Below are positions 46,890 to 61,874 of a stretch of DNA of 64,000 bases, piece by piece. A model generated the notes under the pieces. The model made no database searches, had not been told where the DNA came from, and was given only the letters and a program-made list of their open reading frames with translations. How positions within the stretch are numbered: position 1 is the stretch's first letter; each line of letters opens with the position of its first letter. Source of the DNA: Candidatus Dormiibacterota bacterium. GTDB lineage: Bacteria; Chloroflexota; Dormibacteria; Aeolococcales; Aeolococcaceae. Location: the NCBI GenBank assembly GCA_963751755.1, contig CAVVVH010000006.1, positions 91,224 to 155,223 on the forward strand, in the 5' to 3' direction. A program made the translations under genes and the position numbers.

Positions 46890-49800
46890 ATGGATTCCCT
46901 GAGCCTCTTCTCGCCGGCCGCGCAGCGCTGGTTCGGGGACGCCCTCGGCGAGCCGACCGAGGTGCAGACGCGCGGCTGGCCGGAGATCGCCGCAGGTCGC
47001 AACGCGCTGCTCTGCGCGCCCACCGGCAGCGGCAAGACCCTGGCCGCCTTCCTGTGGTTCGTCGACAGCCTCGGACGTGCTCCCGAGCCGCCCGAGGCGC
47101 AGCGCTGCCGCGTGCTGTACATCTCCCCGCTCAAGGCGCTGACCGTCGACGTCGAGCGCAACCTGCGCGCGCCTCTGCGCGGCATCGCGCTGGCAGCGGA
47201 GCGCAGCGGCGAAGCGTTCCGCGAGGCACGCGCCGCGGTGCGCAGCGGCGACACGCCGTCGGTCGAGCGTCGCAACCTCGTCCGTCATCCGCCGGACATC
47301 CTCATCACCACGCCCGAAGTCGCTGTTCCTCATGCTCACCAGCGCGGCGCGCGAGTCGCTGCGCAGCGTCACGCACGGTGATCGTCGACGAGATCCACGC
47401 GCTCGCCGGCACCAAGCGCGGCGCGCACCTGGCGCTCAGCCTCGAGCGGCTGTGCGCGCTGACCGACACGCGACCCGCAGCGCATCGGCCTGTCCGCCAC
47501 CCAGCGACCGCTCAGCGAGGTCGCCCGCTTCCTCGGCGGCGTCGACCGTGACGTGGTGATCGTCGACGCCGGCGTGCGCAAGCCGATGGAGCTGACCATC
47601 GAGGTCCCGGTCGACGACATGAGCGACCTCGACCGCGGCGCCGAGCGCGGCGGTGACGCCTCCAGCGCCGCAGGCGCCGCGGCGGAGCATCTGGCCGGCG
47701 GTGACGCCCCGGCTCCTCGAGCTGATCCGCGCGCACCGGTCGACGATCGTGTTCGTCAACTCGCGCCGCCTCGCGGAGCGACTGTCAGCGGCCAGCTCAA
47801 CGACCTCGCCGGCGAGGACCTGGTGCGCGCCCACCACGGGTCGATCGCGCGCGAGCAGCGCACGGTGGTCGAGGAGATGCTCAAGGAGGGCAGGCTGCCG
47901 GCGATCATCGCCACCTCCTCGCTGGAGCTCGGCATCGACATGGGCGCCGTCGACCTGGTCGTGCAGGTGGGCTCGCCGCTCACCGTCGCCTCCGGGCTGC
48001 AGCGCATCGGCCGCGCCGGGCACAGCGTCGGCGTCGGCCTCGCGCGGCACCATCTTCCCGACCCACCGCGGCGACCTCGTCGAGGCGGCGGCGATCGCCG
48101 AGCGCATGCTCGACGGCGCCATCGAGGAGACGCGCGTGCCGCGCAACCCGCTCGACATCCTTGCGCAGCAGGTGGTGGCCATGGCGGCGCTGGACACGTG
48201 GGACGGTGGAGGACCTGCAGCGCACCATCGTGCGCGCGTACCCGTTCGCCGACCTCACGCCGCGCGCGTTCGAGGCCACGCTCGACATGCTCGACGGCCG
48301 CTACCCGTCCGAGGAGTTCGGTGAGCTGCGCGCGCGCATCGTGTGGGACCGCGTGGCGGGCACGGTCCGCGGTCGCGCCGGCGCGCAGCGACTGGCGGTG
48401 ACCAGTGGCGGCACCATCCCCGACCGCGGCCTGTACAGCGTCAACATCTTCGAGGACGGTCGCCGCGTCGGCGAGCTCGACGAGGAGATGGTGTACGAGC
48501 TGCGTGCCGGCGAGGTGTTCATCCTCGGCGCCACCAGCTGGCGCTGCGTCGACATCACGCCGCAGCAGGTGCTGGTGCTGCCCGCGCCCGGTGAGCCGGG
48601 CAAGATCGCCTTCTGGCACGGCGACTCCGTCGGTCGCCCGTTCGAGGTGGGCGCCGCGGTGGGGGCGATGGTGCGCGAGCTGCGCAGCGACGGCGAGGCG
48701 GCGGCGCTGCTGCGGCTGCGGTCGCGGGCGGGGCTCGACGAGCGCGCCGCGCGCAACCTCGTGGACCACCTCGCCGACCAGGCCGCCGCCACCGGCGCGG
48801 TCCCCGACGACCGCACCATCGTTGTGGAGCGCTTCCGCGACCAGCTCGGTGACTGGCGGCTGTGCGTGCTGACGCCGTTCGGCGCCCGCGTGCACGCGCC
48901 GTGGTCGCTGGTGGCGGCGCAGCACCTGCGCGACCTGGTCGGCTCCGACGTGCAGGCGATCCACAGCGACGACGGCTTCGCGCTGCGCATCGCCGACGTC
49001 GACCGTCTGCCCGACGCCGCCGGTGCTGTTCCTCGACCCCGACGCGGTCGCTCGCCGAGGTGACCGACCAGCTCGAGGGCAGCTCGATGTTCGCCTCGCG
49101 CTTCCGCGAGAACGCGGCGCGCGCGCTGCTGCTGCCGCGGCGCCGGCCCGGGCAGCGCACCCCGCTGTGGCAGCAGCGCCAGCGCAGCGCGGGGCTGCTC
49201 CAGGTGGTGTCGCGCCACCCCTCGTTCCCCATCCTCGTCGAGACGTACCGCGAGTGCCTGCGCGACGTCTTCGACCTCGACGCGCTCGCCGGCATCATGC
49301 GCGCGGTGCGCGCCCGGCAGATCCGCGTCGTCGAGGTGGAGACCGCGCAACCGTCGCCGGTGGCGTCGTCGCTGCTCTTCGAGTACATCGCCCAGTACAT
49401 GTACGACGGCGACGCGCCGCTCGCCGAGCGTCGCGCCCAGGCGCTCAGCCTCGACCGCGAGCTGCTCGCCGAGCTGCTCGGCAGCGACGACCTCCGCGAG
49501 CTGCTCGACGCCGACGCCATCGACGCGACCGAGCTCGAGCTGCAGCGGCTCGCACGAGTCGCGGCACCCGCGCGACGCCGACGGCGCGCTCGACGTGCTG
49601 CGGCTGGTCGGCGACCTGACGCGCGCGGAGGCGGCTGCGCGCGGGATCAGCGGCGAGTGGCTCGACGAGCTCGTTGCCGCGCGGCGCGCGCTGCCGGTGC
49701 GGCTCGCCGGGGAGGTCCGGGTCATCGCCGCAGACGACGCCGGCCGCTACCGGGACGCACTCGGCGTTGCCCTCCCGCCCGGAGTTGCCGGCGCCGACCT

Positions 49801-51270
49801 CCGTCCCACCGCCGACGCGATGGCCGCGCTGGTGCGCCGCTACGCGCGCACCCACGTGCCGTTCGTGGCCGCCGACGTGGCCGATGCGCTGGGCCGTGCC
49901 CGTGCGCCGGGGTGGTCGAGATCCTCGCCGCGCTCGCCCGCGACGGCGACCTCATCGCGGGCCACTTCCGCCCCGGCGGGGCCGACCGCGAGTACTGCCA
50001 TCCCGAGGTGCTGCAGCAGCTGCGCCGCCGCTCGCTGGCCGCGCTCCGCCGCGAGGTCGAGGCAGTGCCGGCAGCGACCGCTGGCCAGGTTCCTGCCGGC
50101 GTGGCAGGGGGTCGGCTCCGACGCGCGCGGCCACGAGCGGCTGCTCGAGGTGATCACCCAGCTGCAGGGTATGGCCGTGCCGCTGTCGGCGCTCGAGCGC
50201 GACATCCTGCCGGCGCGGATGGCATACGACGGCCGCCTCCTCGACGAGCTGATCGCGGCCGGCGAGGTGGTCTGGCAGGGGCGCGGCGCGCTGGGTCGCG
50301 ACGACGGGCGCATCGCCCTGTTCCTCCGCGGCGACGCGCCGCGCCTGCTCGCCTTCCCGAGCGACCCGCCGCAGACGGAGCTGCACGATGCCATCCGGGG
50401 GCGGCTCCGCGACCGCGGCGCCGCCTTCGTGCGCGACCTCCTCGAGGCGTGCCCGGGCACCCCGCTCGACGAGGTCGTCGACGCGCTGTACGACCTGGTG
50501 TGGTCGGGTGAGGTGACCAACGACACGCTCCAGCCGCTGCGGTTCCTCGGGCCCGGTGCGCCGTCACCCGCGGCGGCCGCTGATGCGCCTGGTGCCGCCG
50601 CGCGCCCAGGGCCGCTGGTCGATCATCGCGCCCGCCGGCGGACGCCGGCACCGAGCGCGGCATCGCCCTCGCGCAGACGCTGCTGCAGCGCCACGGTGTG
50701 CTCACCCGCGAGGCGGTCGCCGCGGAGAACGTGCCCGGCGGGTTCGCCGCGCTGTACCCGGTGCTGCGCGCCATGGAGGAGTCCGGCCGGATCCGTCGCG
50801 GCTACTTCGTGGAGGGGTGTGGCGCCGCGCAGTTCGCGCTCGCCGGGCGCGGTCGACGGGCTGCGCTCGCAGCGCGGCGCCGGCCGGCGCCGGTGTCGTG
50901 CTCGCCGCCGTCGATCCCGCCAACCCGTACGGCGCGGTGCTCCCCTGGCCGAAGCTCGCCGGACGCGCCGCGCGCGCCGCCGGCGCGTACGTCGTGCTCA
51001 ACTCGGGGGCGCTGCGGCTCTACGTCGAGCGCGGCGGCCGCTCGATGCTCAGCTGCGGCGACGTCGCCGACGAGGACATCGAGGCGCTCGCCACCGTGGC
51101 GGCGCGCGTCGGCCGCCTCGACCTCGTGACCATCGACGGCGAGCCCGCAGCCGTGCACGCGCTGGCGCCGCGCCTGCGAGCCGGCGGCTTCGTGCCCAGC
51201 CCGCGCGGGCTTGGTGGCGTACCCGCAGCGGCCGGGCCGCACACCCGCGAGGGCAGATGCCCGAGGGTGA
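46890..51270 (+). CDS. lhr: Lhr ATP-dependent helicase, long form (frameshifted)
   Basis: APTGSGKT, YISPLKAL, DEIHA..GTKRG, AHHGS, SSLELGIDMG, GGTIPDRG, WQQRQRS, RRGYFVEG, DPANPYG. Confidence 0.92.
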
Positions 51271-52010
51271 CACCATCTGGCGCGCAGCCGCACGAGCTGC
51301 AGCGGCGCCTGAGCGGCCGCGTCGTCACCGCGGCCCGTCCCGGCGGCGCTGAGCCGGCTGGTGGGCCGCACGCTGCTGCGCGTCGAGCCCGTCGGCAAGC
51401 ACCTGTACATGCACTTCAGCGACGGTGTCGTGCTGCACACCCACATGCGCATGACCGGCGCTGGCACGTGCTACACGCGCCAGGGCAGCGTCACCGGCGC
51501 GCGTCCCACCTCACCACGGCCGCGCTGGAGTTCGGCGACGTGCAGGCGGTCCTCTTCGCGGCGCCGGTCTGCGAGCTGGTCTCCGCCGACGTCGATCGGC
51601 CGCGGCCTCGGTCCCGACATCCTCGCGCCGTCGTTCGACGTCGCCGAGGTGATCGCCCGGGCGCGCGACCGCGCACGCGCCGACCATCGCGGAGGTGCTC
51701 CTCGACCAGTGCGTCTGCGCCGGGCATCGGCAACATCTTCCGGTGCGACGCGCTGTGGCACGAGCGGCGTCGACCCGTTCACGCCGGCGGCGACGCTCGA
51801 CGACGCCACCATCGCCGCCGTCTACATGCGTGCGCGTGACCTGATGCGCCGCGCGGCGGTCGCCGACCGCTTCGCGGCGCGCCACGCCGTGCACGGCCGC
51901 TCGGCACGGCCGTGCACGGCATGCGGGACGCTCATCCGCACAGCCCCGCTGGGCAGGCCGTCGCGGATCGTGTACTGGTGCCCGCGCTGCCAGGCGCGCC
52001 GTCAGCGCGG
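51257..52010 (+). CDS. nei: Fpg/Nei family DNA glycosylase (frameshifted; end uncertain)
   Basis: MPEGDT N-terminus, GKHL, HMRMTG, LLDQ...GIGNIF, C2-C2 zinc finger CTAC...WCPRCQ. Confidence 0.88.
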
Positions 52011-52709
52011 CGGGCAGCACCCAGTGCGTGATCACGATCCACTGGAGCAGCGCGGCGGCGAGCACCAGCGAGTGGAAGATCTCGTGGAACCCGAAGGTGC
52101 GCGGCCACGGGTTGGGTCGCTGGAACGCGTAGATGACCGCGCCGGCGACGTACACCGCGCCGCCCAGCGCCAGTAGGCCGACACCCGACCGGGCCGAGGT
52201 TGGCGACGAGGCGGGGGAGGAGCACCACGCCGAAACCACCGACGGCGATGTAGGGGCCGACCTCGACGGCCACCGGCGCGTCGTTCCAGAACGTGGTGAG
52301 CAGGCTGCCCGCCAGCGCGCCGCCCCACACCACCGCGAGGGTGGCGGTGCTCAGCCATCCCGAGACGGCGATCACGGCGATGGGGGTGAACGTGCCCGGC
52401 GATGAGCAGGAAGATGGTGGCGTGGTCGAGGCGGCGCAGCCAGGCCCGCGCGCGCACCGACCAGTGGCCGCGGTGGTACATGGCGCTGACGCCGAGGCAG
52501 GCGCTCAGGGTCGCGGCGTAGATGGCCGTCGAGGTGCGCGCGCTGCCCGCCGGCGCGTGCAGGATGGCCCAGGCGCCGCCGAGCAGCGAGACGGGGAAGG
52601 CCGCCTCGTGGAGCACCCCGCGGAGGCGGGGCTTGACGAAGGCGACGGCGGCACGCGCGGCGTCCGAGACCTCCTCGACGGCGTCCCCGAGCGGCGTGCT
52701 GCTGTTCAC
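52002..52709 (-). CDS. Hemolysin III/PAQR family membrane protein
   Basis: KPRLRG.LH, SAMYH, RRLDHATIF, FGFHEIFH. Confidence 0.9.
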
Positions 52710-52798
52710 AGCATTGACGATACCCCCGGGGTCCCGCGGAGAACGATGCGCGTCCCGGACACGGACGCGTGCCGCCATCGCGGCGGCGGCGCGCGCGG

Positions 52799-53493
52799 CT
52801 ACCGGGTGACGGCCATGGCCACGGCGATGATCGCGCCGGCGCTGATCGACACCACCGCCGGCGTAGATCGCCAGGTTGACCCGCGGCGAGCGCTCCTTCA
52901 CCTTCTGCAGCGCGGGCAGCCAGCTCGCCTCGGGAAGGCGGTCGCGGATGTCGTAGAGGATCGAGAACTGGCGGTCGCCGAACATGCGCAGCGGGATGCG
53001 CACCGTCCCGTCGGTGGCGTTGAAGCCGCCGGGGAGGCGCATGCGCGCGGTGGTCTGCTGGGCGCCCGCCATGGTCAGGCAGAGACCGGCGTCGGGCCGG
53101 TGCACGAGGCCCGTCACCTGCTCCCAGCCGGCGGTCAGGTGCTGCTTGCCGCGCTCGAAGGTGATCCCGTCATGGGTGAGGTTGAGGCTGCCCTTCAGCG
53201 TCACCGCGGGCACCAGCAGCAGCCCGAGCGTGACGATGACGAACGCCGCGACTGTCAGCGAGATGGTCGAGGTGGCCCCGAACCAGTTGATCCCCACGGA
53301 GTAGTCGCCGAGGTGCTCGGCGACGGCGAGCCCGGCGAAGGCCAGCGTGATCAGGGGCAGGACGGCCCAGATCGCGAAGGGGTTTCGCGAGACGGCGTAG
53401 CCGCGGGTGGGGTAGGTGAGCCTCAGCCGGCCGTTGACCGACCGGGTGAGCGGGGCCGTCGGTGGGCGTGTGGACGGGGGCGATTGTCGCCAT
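52799..53493 (-). CDS. Hypothetical membrane protein (TMs plus PH-like domain)
   Basis: GGAGG RBS; two TMs, LTHDGITF...WEQV, C-terminal TM. Confidence 0.6.
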
Positions 53494-53655
53494 GGGGGCG
53501 GTCCTCCCTGGGTGTTCTCGGCCCCCCGGCCACCCAGTGATACCACAACGTTCCGCCAAAGTGAAGCGAAAGACGCTGTTGATGCGGGTGCTTGACGCCG
53601 TTTCGCCGCCCGATCACCATGGGCTCGAGGGGCGGTTCCGCCTGCGAGGAGATCC

Positions 53656-54348
53656 ATGTTTGGCCGACGCCGCCGATCCGACCCCGCCGCCGCGGCGGCG
53701 CCCTCGACGCCGGCACACGGCCGGACACCGAGCGCTGCGCCGCCGAGGGCTGCCGGCGCCACGACGGCACCCAGTGCAGCTACGTCGACAAGCGGTCGCG
53801 CCGCTGTCCCACAGCCTGGTGCCCGGCCCACGTGGCCGACGTCGCCGGCTTCCCGTACTGCCGCCGCCACGCGTCGACGATGACCGCCATCGAGGGCGGC
53901 GAGGTGGTCGCCGGCCTTCCCGACCTCGACAACCGCGCCCCGTCGCTGGTGGGCTGGATCGCACGCGACCTCGACGCACCGATCCGCGAGGTGCTCACCC
54001 GCCTGGCCGCGCCCGAAGGGCGCCAGCCTGGTCACCGACCCCGTCCGCCTGGTGATCACGCCCGGCGGCAGCACGCGCCGCTGGGCCAAGACCTGGAAGG
54101 TGCTGGACAGCACCGCGGTGCTCAGCCGGGTGTCGATCGAGGTCGACGAGGTCGAGGACTGCCAGGTCAGCGCGCGGGTCGACAGCGAGCTGATCGGACG
54201 CGGCGTGCCCCCGTGGATCGGCAACCGCCAGGCCGGCAAGCGGCTCGACCCCGCGGCGGACGCCACCGAGCGCGCCGAGTTCTCGGCGGCGATGGCCCGG
54301 TCCATCGAGCTCGTCGTCACCGGCCAGGAGGTCCCGTTCGGCCATTGA
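53656..54348 (+). CDS. Hypothetical protein with Cys/His-rich putative zinc-binding domain (frameshifted)
   Basis: Promoter TTGACG-17-CACCAT and RBS GAGGA; CAAEGC...CSY...CPTAWCPAH...YCRRH. Confidence 0.7.
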
Positions 54349-54889
54349 GCGACGTCGCGATCGGCTGGAGCGAGGCGGCCGGCGAGCGGGAGCAGCGGGT
54401 GGACGTGGTCTGGGCGGCGTGGCGGTCGGCGTACGCGCACATCTTCAGCCGCGCCGAGATCGACGGGATCTTCGACGGCACGCTCGAGGGCGAGGGCAGC
54501 TGGGTGGCCGCTCGGGCCGCACCCGCGGGCACGCTGGCGGCGCGGCGCGGAGTGCAGGATCATCGGCCTCGCCGGGCTCGGGCTCCTGCGCAGCGGTGAC
54601 GGCGAGCTGGCGGCCTTCTACGTCCGGCCGGAGGAGCAGGGTCGCGGGGTCGGCTCAGCGCTGTGGGAGCGCTCGCGTCGCGGAGCTGCGCCGTGCGCGG
54701 CTGCGCACGCATGGAGGTGTGGACGCTGGCACGGGCGGGCGCGCGCCGCTTCTACGAGGCGCGTGGGTGCGTCGCCTTCGGCGAGGGCAGCTTCGTCGGT
54801 GGCCGGTCACCGCGAGCCGGCCGTGGGCTACGCCCTGGACATCTCCGACGGCCGCGCCGTACGCACGCTCGGCGTCGCCGACGCGGTAG
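54345..54889 (+). CDS. GNAT N-acetyltransferase (frameshifted)
   Basis: AAWRSAYAHIF, ELAAFYVRPEEQGRGVG, VWTL....ARRFYEARG. Confidence 0.78.
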
Positions 54890-55483
54890 CCGATCCGCTG
54901 GATCTCCTTGACCGCGCTGGGGTCGGGAAGGGCGTAGCCGTTGAAGAGGGTGGCCGGGATCTCCTGCCACGCCACCCGGCGCTCGGCGCGCGCGCGCTCG
55001 AACGAGTGGCGCACGTGGTCGAGGCGGAGCAGGACCATCGCGGCGATGGCGCTGACCAGCGGGCACGAGCGCGACCTTGAGCCCGGCGGCGATGTACAGC
55101 CCGCTGGCCGCGATCACGATCCCCTCGACCAGCAGGATGACCCGCCGGCTGCCGCCGCGGAGGCGGCCGAGCCGGAGCACCAGGGCGCCCTCGAAGACGG
55201 CGGCGGCGACCACCCACAGCGCCGCGGCGCTCCAGGTGGAGGCGCCCGGGCAGCACGAGGCGACCGACCCCTGGGATGGTGAGGGCGGTGGGGATGGCGG
55301 CCGAGCCTGCGACGACGCACCAGCCCGACCCCGAAGACGAGGCGCACGAGCAGGCAGACCTGGGCGACGCGCACGGCGGCCGACGCGACGAACGGGCGTC
55401 GCGGGGCGCGGGGGACGCCGAGCGGGCGCGTCGTCGGTAGGCTTGATCTGTTCACTGCAGTTGCAGCGTACGGTGGACTCCAT
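54828..55483 (-). CDS. Hypothetical membrane protein (frameshifted; ends uncertain)
   Basis: Several hydrophobic segments across frames. Confidence 0.45.
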
Positions 55484-55592
55484 CGGCAAGACGTGGCGGA
55501 CGTGTCACGGGCGATTCACGAGACGCCTGCCGCCGCCGACTGACGCCACCGATCCGTGACGCGCCGCCGTAGCTGGTACGTTGCGCTGCGCC

Positions 55593-56309
55593 GTGACCGA
55601 GAAGATGCGCGCCGTCAACAGCGCCGGTTTCGCCGCCCCCGCCGGGCTCAACGCGCTCCCCGTCGTGCTGGCCCCGGTGGCCGGACAGCTGCACGTCCTG
55701 CTGGTGCGCCGCGAGGAGGAGCCGCACGCCGGCATGTGGTCGCTCCCCGGCGGCTTCATGAGCGGCGACGAGCGTCCCGAGGAGACGGCGCAGCGCAAGC
55801 TCACCGAGAAGACCGGCGTCGGCGCCGTGTACATGGAGCAGCTGCAGACGTACGGCGACCCGGCGCGCGATCCCCGCGGCTGGATCCCCTCGGTCGCCTA
55901 CCTCGGGCTCATCGACGCCGCGGTGCTCCGCGAGGAGGAGTCCGCGGCGCGCTGGTTCCCCGTCGACGCGCTGCCGCCGCTGGCGTTCGACCACGCCGCG
56001 GTCATCGCCGACGGCGTCGAGCGCCTGCGCGGCAAGGTGTGGTGGTCGAACATCGCGGTCGGGCTCCTGCCGGAGCGCTTCACCATGCCGCAGGCGCGGC
56101 GCGTGTTCGAGGCGATCAGCGGCGTGACCTACGAACCCTCCAACTTCCGCCGCGGCCTCGAGCAGTCCGGGCTGGTGCGGGCCACCGGCCGGGTGGTCAA
56201 GAACGGTCCGGGCAGGCCGGCCGCGCTGTACGAGTTCGTCGACCGCCAGCCGGCGTGGAGCACGCGCCGCTCGCGGGTGCCGGCAACGGTGCGGACGCCG
56301 GCGGGCTGA
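55593..56309 (+). CDS. nrtR: NrtR transcriptional regulator (Nudix plus winged HTH)
   Basis: WSLPGGF...E....AQRKLTEKTG (degenerate Nudix box), EQLQTYGDPARDPR, LAFDH, FTMPQ...NFRR, GRPAALY. Confidence 0.9.
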   Translation: MTEKMRAVNSAGFAAPAGLNALPVVLAPVAGQLHVLLVRREEEPHAGMWSLPGGFMSGDERPEETAQRKLTEKTGVGAVYMEQLQTYGDPARDPRGWIPSVAYLGLIDAAVLREEESAARWFPVDALPPLAFDHAAVIADGVERLRGKVWWSNIAVGLLPERFTMPQARRVFEAISGVTYEPSNFRRGLEQSGLVRATGRVVKNGPGRPAALYEFVDRQPAWSTRRSRVPATVRTPAG

Positions 56310-56317
56310 GCCGCACG

Positions 56318-57502
56318 TCAGGCGTTGGGCCGTTCCTCGAGGGTGGCCTTCAGCGTCAGCGTCTGGCTGCCGCGACGCACGGTGCAGGTGATGGTGTCGC
56401 CCACCTTGTGCGGCTGGATGAGACCGCCGAGGGTCTGGCCCTTGTCGATGTTCGACCCCGTCGATGGCCACCAGGATGTCGCCCACCTGGAAGCCGGCCC
56501 GGGCCGCGGGCGTGCCGGCGCTGACGCGTGTGCACCAGCACCCCCGGGCCGTTGAACGGCGTGCCCTGCTCGATGGCCTCGATGCTGGTGTAGTAGCCGA
56601 TGCCGAGGAACGGGTGCTGCACCTTCTGGTGCGCGATCAGCGTCTCGGCGACGTAGCGCGCGAGGTCGGCGGGGATGCTGTAGCCGATGTTGGTGGCGTT
56701 GCCGGCGGTGGCGACGTTGACGCCGACGACGTTGCCGGCGGTGTCGGCGAGCGGGCCACCGCTGTTGCCGGGGTTGATCGAGGCGTCGGTCTGGAGCACG
56801 TCCTCGAGCGTCTCCGACGACGACCCGGCCTGGCCGCTGGCGGTGATGGTGCGGTGCAGCGCGCTGATCACGCCGACGGTCACCGAGCCCTGGTCGCCGA
56901 GCGGCGAGCCGATGGCGATGACCGGCCTGCCCGGCGGTGAGGTTCGGCGGAGGTGCCGAACGTCGCCTGCGGGAGGCGTGGTGCTCGGCACGCTGACCAC
57001 GGCGATGTCGTCGAGGCTGTCGGTGCCGACCAGCTTGGCGGTGAACTGCTCGCCGTCGGGCATGACCACGTGGAGGCTGGTGGCGCCGGTGACCACGTGG
57101 TTGTTGGTGACCAGGTAGCTGACCGAGGCGTCCTTGGCCATCACGAAGCCGCTGCCCAGGCCGCTCGACCCCTGGAGGGTGGCGATGATCGTGCCGACGG
57201 CCGGGCCGAGCCGGTTGGCGACGTCGACGGTGGCGGTGGTGGGCACCTTGGTGAGGTCGCCGTTGACGTGCACCTCGGCGACACCGGTGCCGCCCCGGTC
57301 GTGCAGCGCCGCGAAGGCGATGCCGCCGCCGACGATCAGCCCGACGAGGAGCAGCGCGATGGAGCCGAGCAGCCCGCGGCGGCGGCGCGGCGGGGGCTGC
57401 CGGCGGCGCCGGCGGCGCCCGGCCCGTCGTGGCCGGAGCCCGGGTCGGGGGCGCGCCAACCGGGCGGCGGGGGCGGCGGCGCAGGCGGGAACGATCCCTC
57501 AA
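56318..57502 (-). CDS. HtrA-like membrane serine protease with PDZ domain (frameshifted)
   Basis: GSGF, TNNHVV, DIAV, QTDASINPGNSGGPL, C-terminal PDZ. Confidence 0.9.
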   Translation of the reverse strand: MRDRSRLRRRPRRPVGAPPTRAPATTGRAPPAPPAAPAAPPPRAARLHRAAPRRADRRRRHRLRGAARPGRHRCRRGARQRRPHQGAHHRHRRRRQPARPGRRHDHRHPPGVERPGQRLRDGQGRLGQLPGHQQPRGHRRHQPPRGHARRRAVHRQAGRHRQPRRHRRGQRAEHHASRRRRSAPPPNLTAGQAGHRHRLAARRPGLGDRRRDQRAAPHHHRQRPGRVVVGDARGRAPDRRLDQPRQQRWPARRHRRQRRRRQRRHRRQRHQHRLQHPRRPRALRRRDADRAPEGAAPVPRHRLLHQHRGHRAGHAVQRPGGAGAHASAPARPRPGPASRWATSWWPSTGSNIDKGQTLGGLIQPHKVGDTITCTVRRGSQTLTLKATLEERPNA

Positions 57503-57533
57503 TCTCGTCGATGGCGCCTATTGTGGCCCGCGC

Positions 57534-58627
57534 ATGCTGGTGACCGCCCTCTCCGCCGGGACGCTGTGACCCGCCTCACCTGTGCGCTCGGACCGGACTC
57601 GGCGGGCACCCTGCTGCACCGCTTCATCGAGTCGTCGACCAGCCGGCTCGACGTCGCCGTGTACGAGGCCGGGCCCGAGCTACGGCTGGATCTTCCCGCG
57701 CGCGGTCGAGCGCGGCGTGCGCGTGCGGCTGCTCCTCGACGGGCACGGCGGCGCCAACCGGGGATGCCTCGAGGAGCTGCGCGCCGCCGCGCGAGCGCGG
57801 CGTCGTCGTGCCCTGCCGGGTGCGGCGCCACGAGGGCCTGCGCGAGGCCCACTGGAAGCTGCTCGTCGCCGACAGCGACCGGCTCGCCGTCGGCACCGGC
57901 AACCTCATCGAGCGCGACGCGCCCGCCGACCGCCACGGCCTGCTCCCGCCACGGGCGCAGCCGCTGGCGGGGACGCGGGAGTGGTGGGCCTTCGTCGACG
58001 GCGCGCCCACCCTCGCCGCCGGCGCTCGCGCGCGGATCACCGCGGCGTGGCGCGACGCCGCGCCGCCACCGCCCGTCTGGGCGGTGGAGCAGGCGCCCGA
58101 GGTGCCCGCCGGTGGGCACGCCGCACCCGAGCGTGGCGCCGCTCGAGGTGGAGGTGTCCCCGCGCCGCCTCCAGCTGGCCACCGACGCGCGGTCGGTGCG
58201 GACCGCTCATCGAGGCGCTCCTCGAGCCGCCCGCCCGCCGCTGCCTGGTGACCGTGCCCTACATCCACACCTGGGCGCACGAGGTGCGTCCGCTGCTGCA
58301 GCGCTGCGCGGAGCTGCGCCAGCAGGGGGCCGACGTGCGCGTCCTGCTCGGCGCGCCGCCCGCCGCCGGCGACGCCGCCACGCTGCGCGACCGCGGCGTG
58401 CCGGCCCGCGTCATGAACCCGCAGCGCTGCACCACCGGGCACGCCAAGGGCATGGTCGTCGACCAGCGCCGCGCTGGTCATGTCGTCGAACTGGAGCGCC
58501 GCCGGCCTCGGGGCCTCGCTCGAGGCGGCGCTGCGCATCGACAACGCCGCCGCCAGCGACGTACTTCGCCGACGCCTTCGAGCGCGACTGGGCCGTGGCC
58601 GACCCGGCATGGACGGGGCGCGGTTGA
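57534..58627 (+). CDS. Phospholipase D-like protein with two HKD motifs (frameshifted)
   Basis: HWKLLVAD...GTGN and HAKGMVVD...SSNW. Confidence 0.8.
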
Positions 58628-58655
58628 ACCCGGCGGGCCCGGGTATCCTCGGCCC

Positions 58656-61211
<2,556 letters not shown>

Positions 61212-61212
<1 letters not shown>

Positions 61213-61869
61213 TGGCCGAGGCCGTCCGCGACCTCGTCGAGCTGACCGTCGTCGTCGATCCCACCTACGACCAGAACTGCTACGTGCTCCACCGCCGCGA
61301 CAGCGACGCGGCGCTGGTCATCGATCCCGGGCCTGCAGCACCCGCGCACGCTGCAGCTGCTCGAGGACAACGGCTGGCGCTGCGAGCGGATCCTGCTCAC
61401 CCACGGCCACGGCGACCACGTCAACGGCGTCCCCGGCGATGGTCGCGGCGCATCGCTGCCCGGTGGCGCTGCATCCCGCCGACCGCGAGCAGCTGGTGAG
61501 CATGCGCTTCCTGCCCGGCATCCCCGCCGACACGCCGGACGTCGACGTCGACGAGGACCTCGCCGACGGCCAGGTGATCGCCTGGCACGGGCTCGACATC
61601 GGCGTCATCCACACGCCGGGCCACACCCGCGGCTCGGTGTGCTTCATGCTGGGCACCGACCTGGTCAGCGGCGACACGCTGTTCCACCGCGGCGTGGGCC
61701 GCGCCGACCTTCCCGGCGGCAACTGGCAGCAGCTCATGGTCAGCATCGAGCAGCGCCTCTACACGCTCGCCGCCGGACGTCGTGGTGCACCCGGGCCACG
61801 GGCCGAGCACCACCATCGGCGCAGGAGATGGCGGAGAACCCCTTCGTGGTCCACCCGCGCTACCGCTGA
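61212..61869 (+). CDS. MBL-fold metallo-hydrolase (glyoxalase II-like; frameshifted)
   Basis: NCY, IDPG, THGHGDH, HTPGHT, SGDTLF, HPGHG. Confidence 0.9.
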
Positions 61870-61874
61870 GGCGC

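Noticed and set aside
46890-52010. lhr-nei as a novel or defence system
   Set aside because: The Lhr-Nei pairing is already known from Actinobacteria as a DNA repair operon
57534-58627. PLD as an anti-phage nuclease
   Set aside because: No helicase, methylase or defence-island context; housekeeping-like composition
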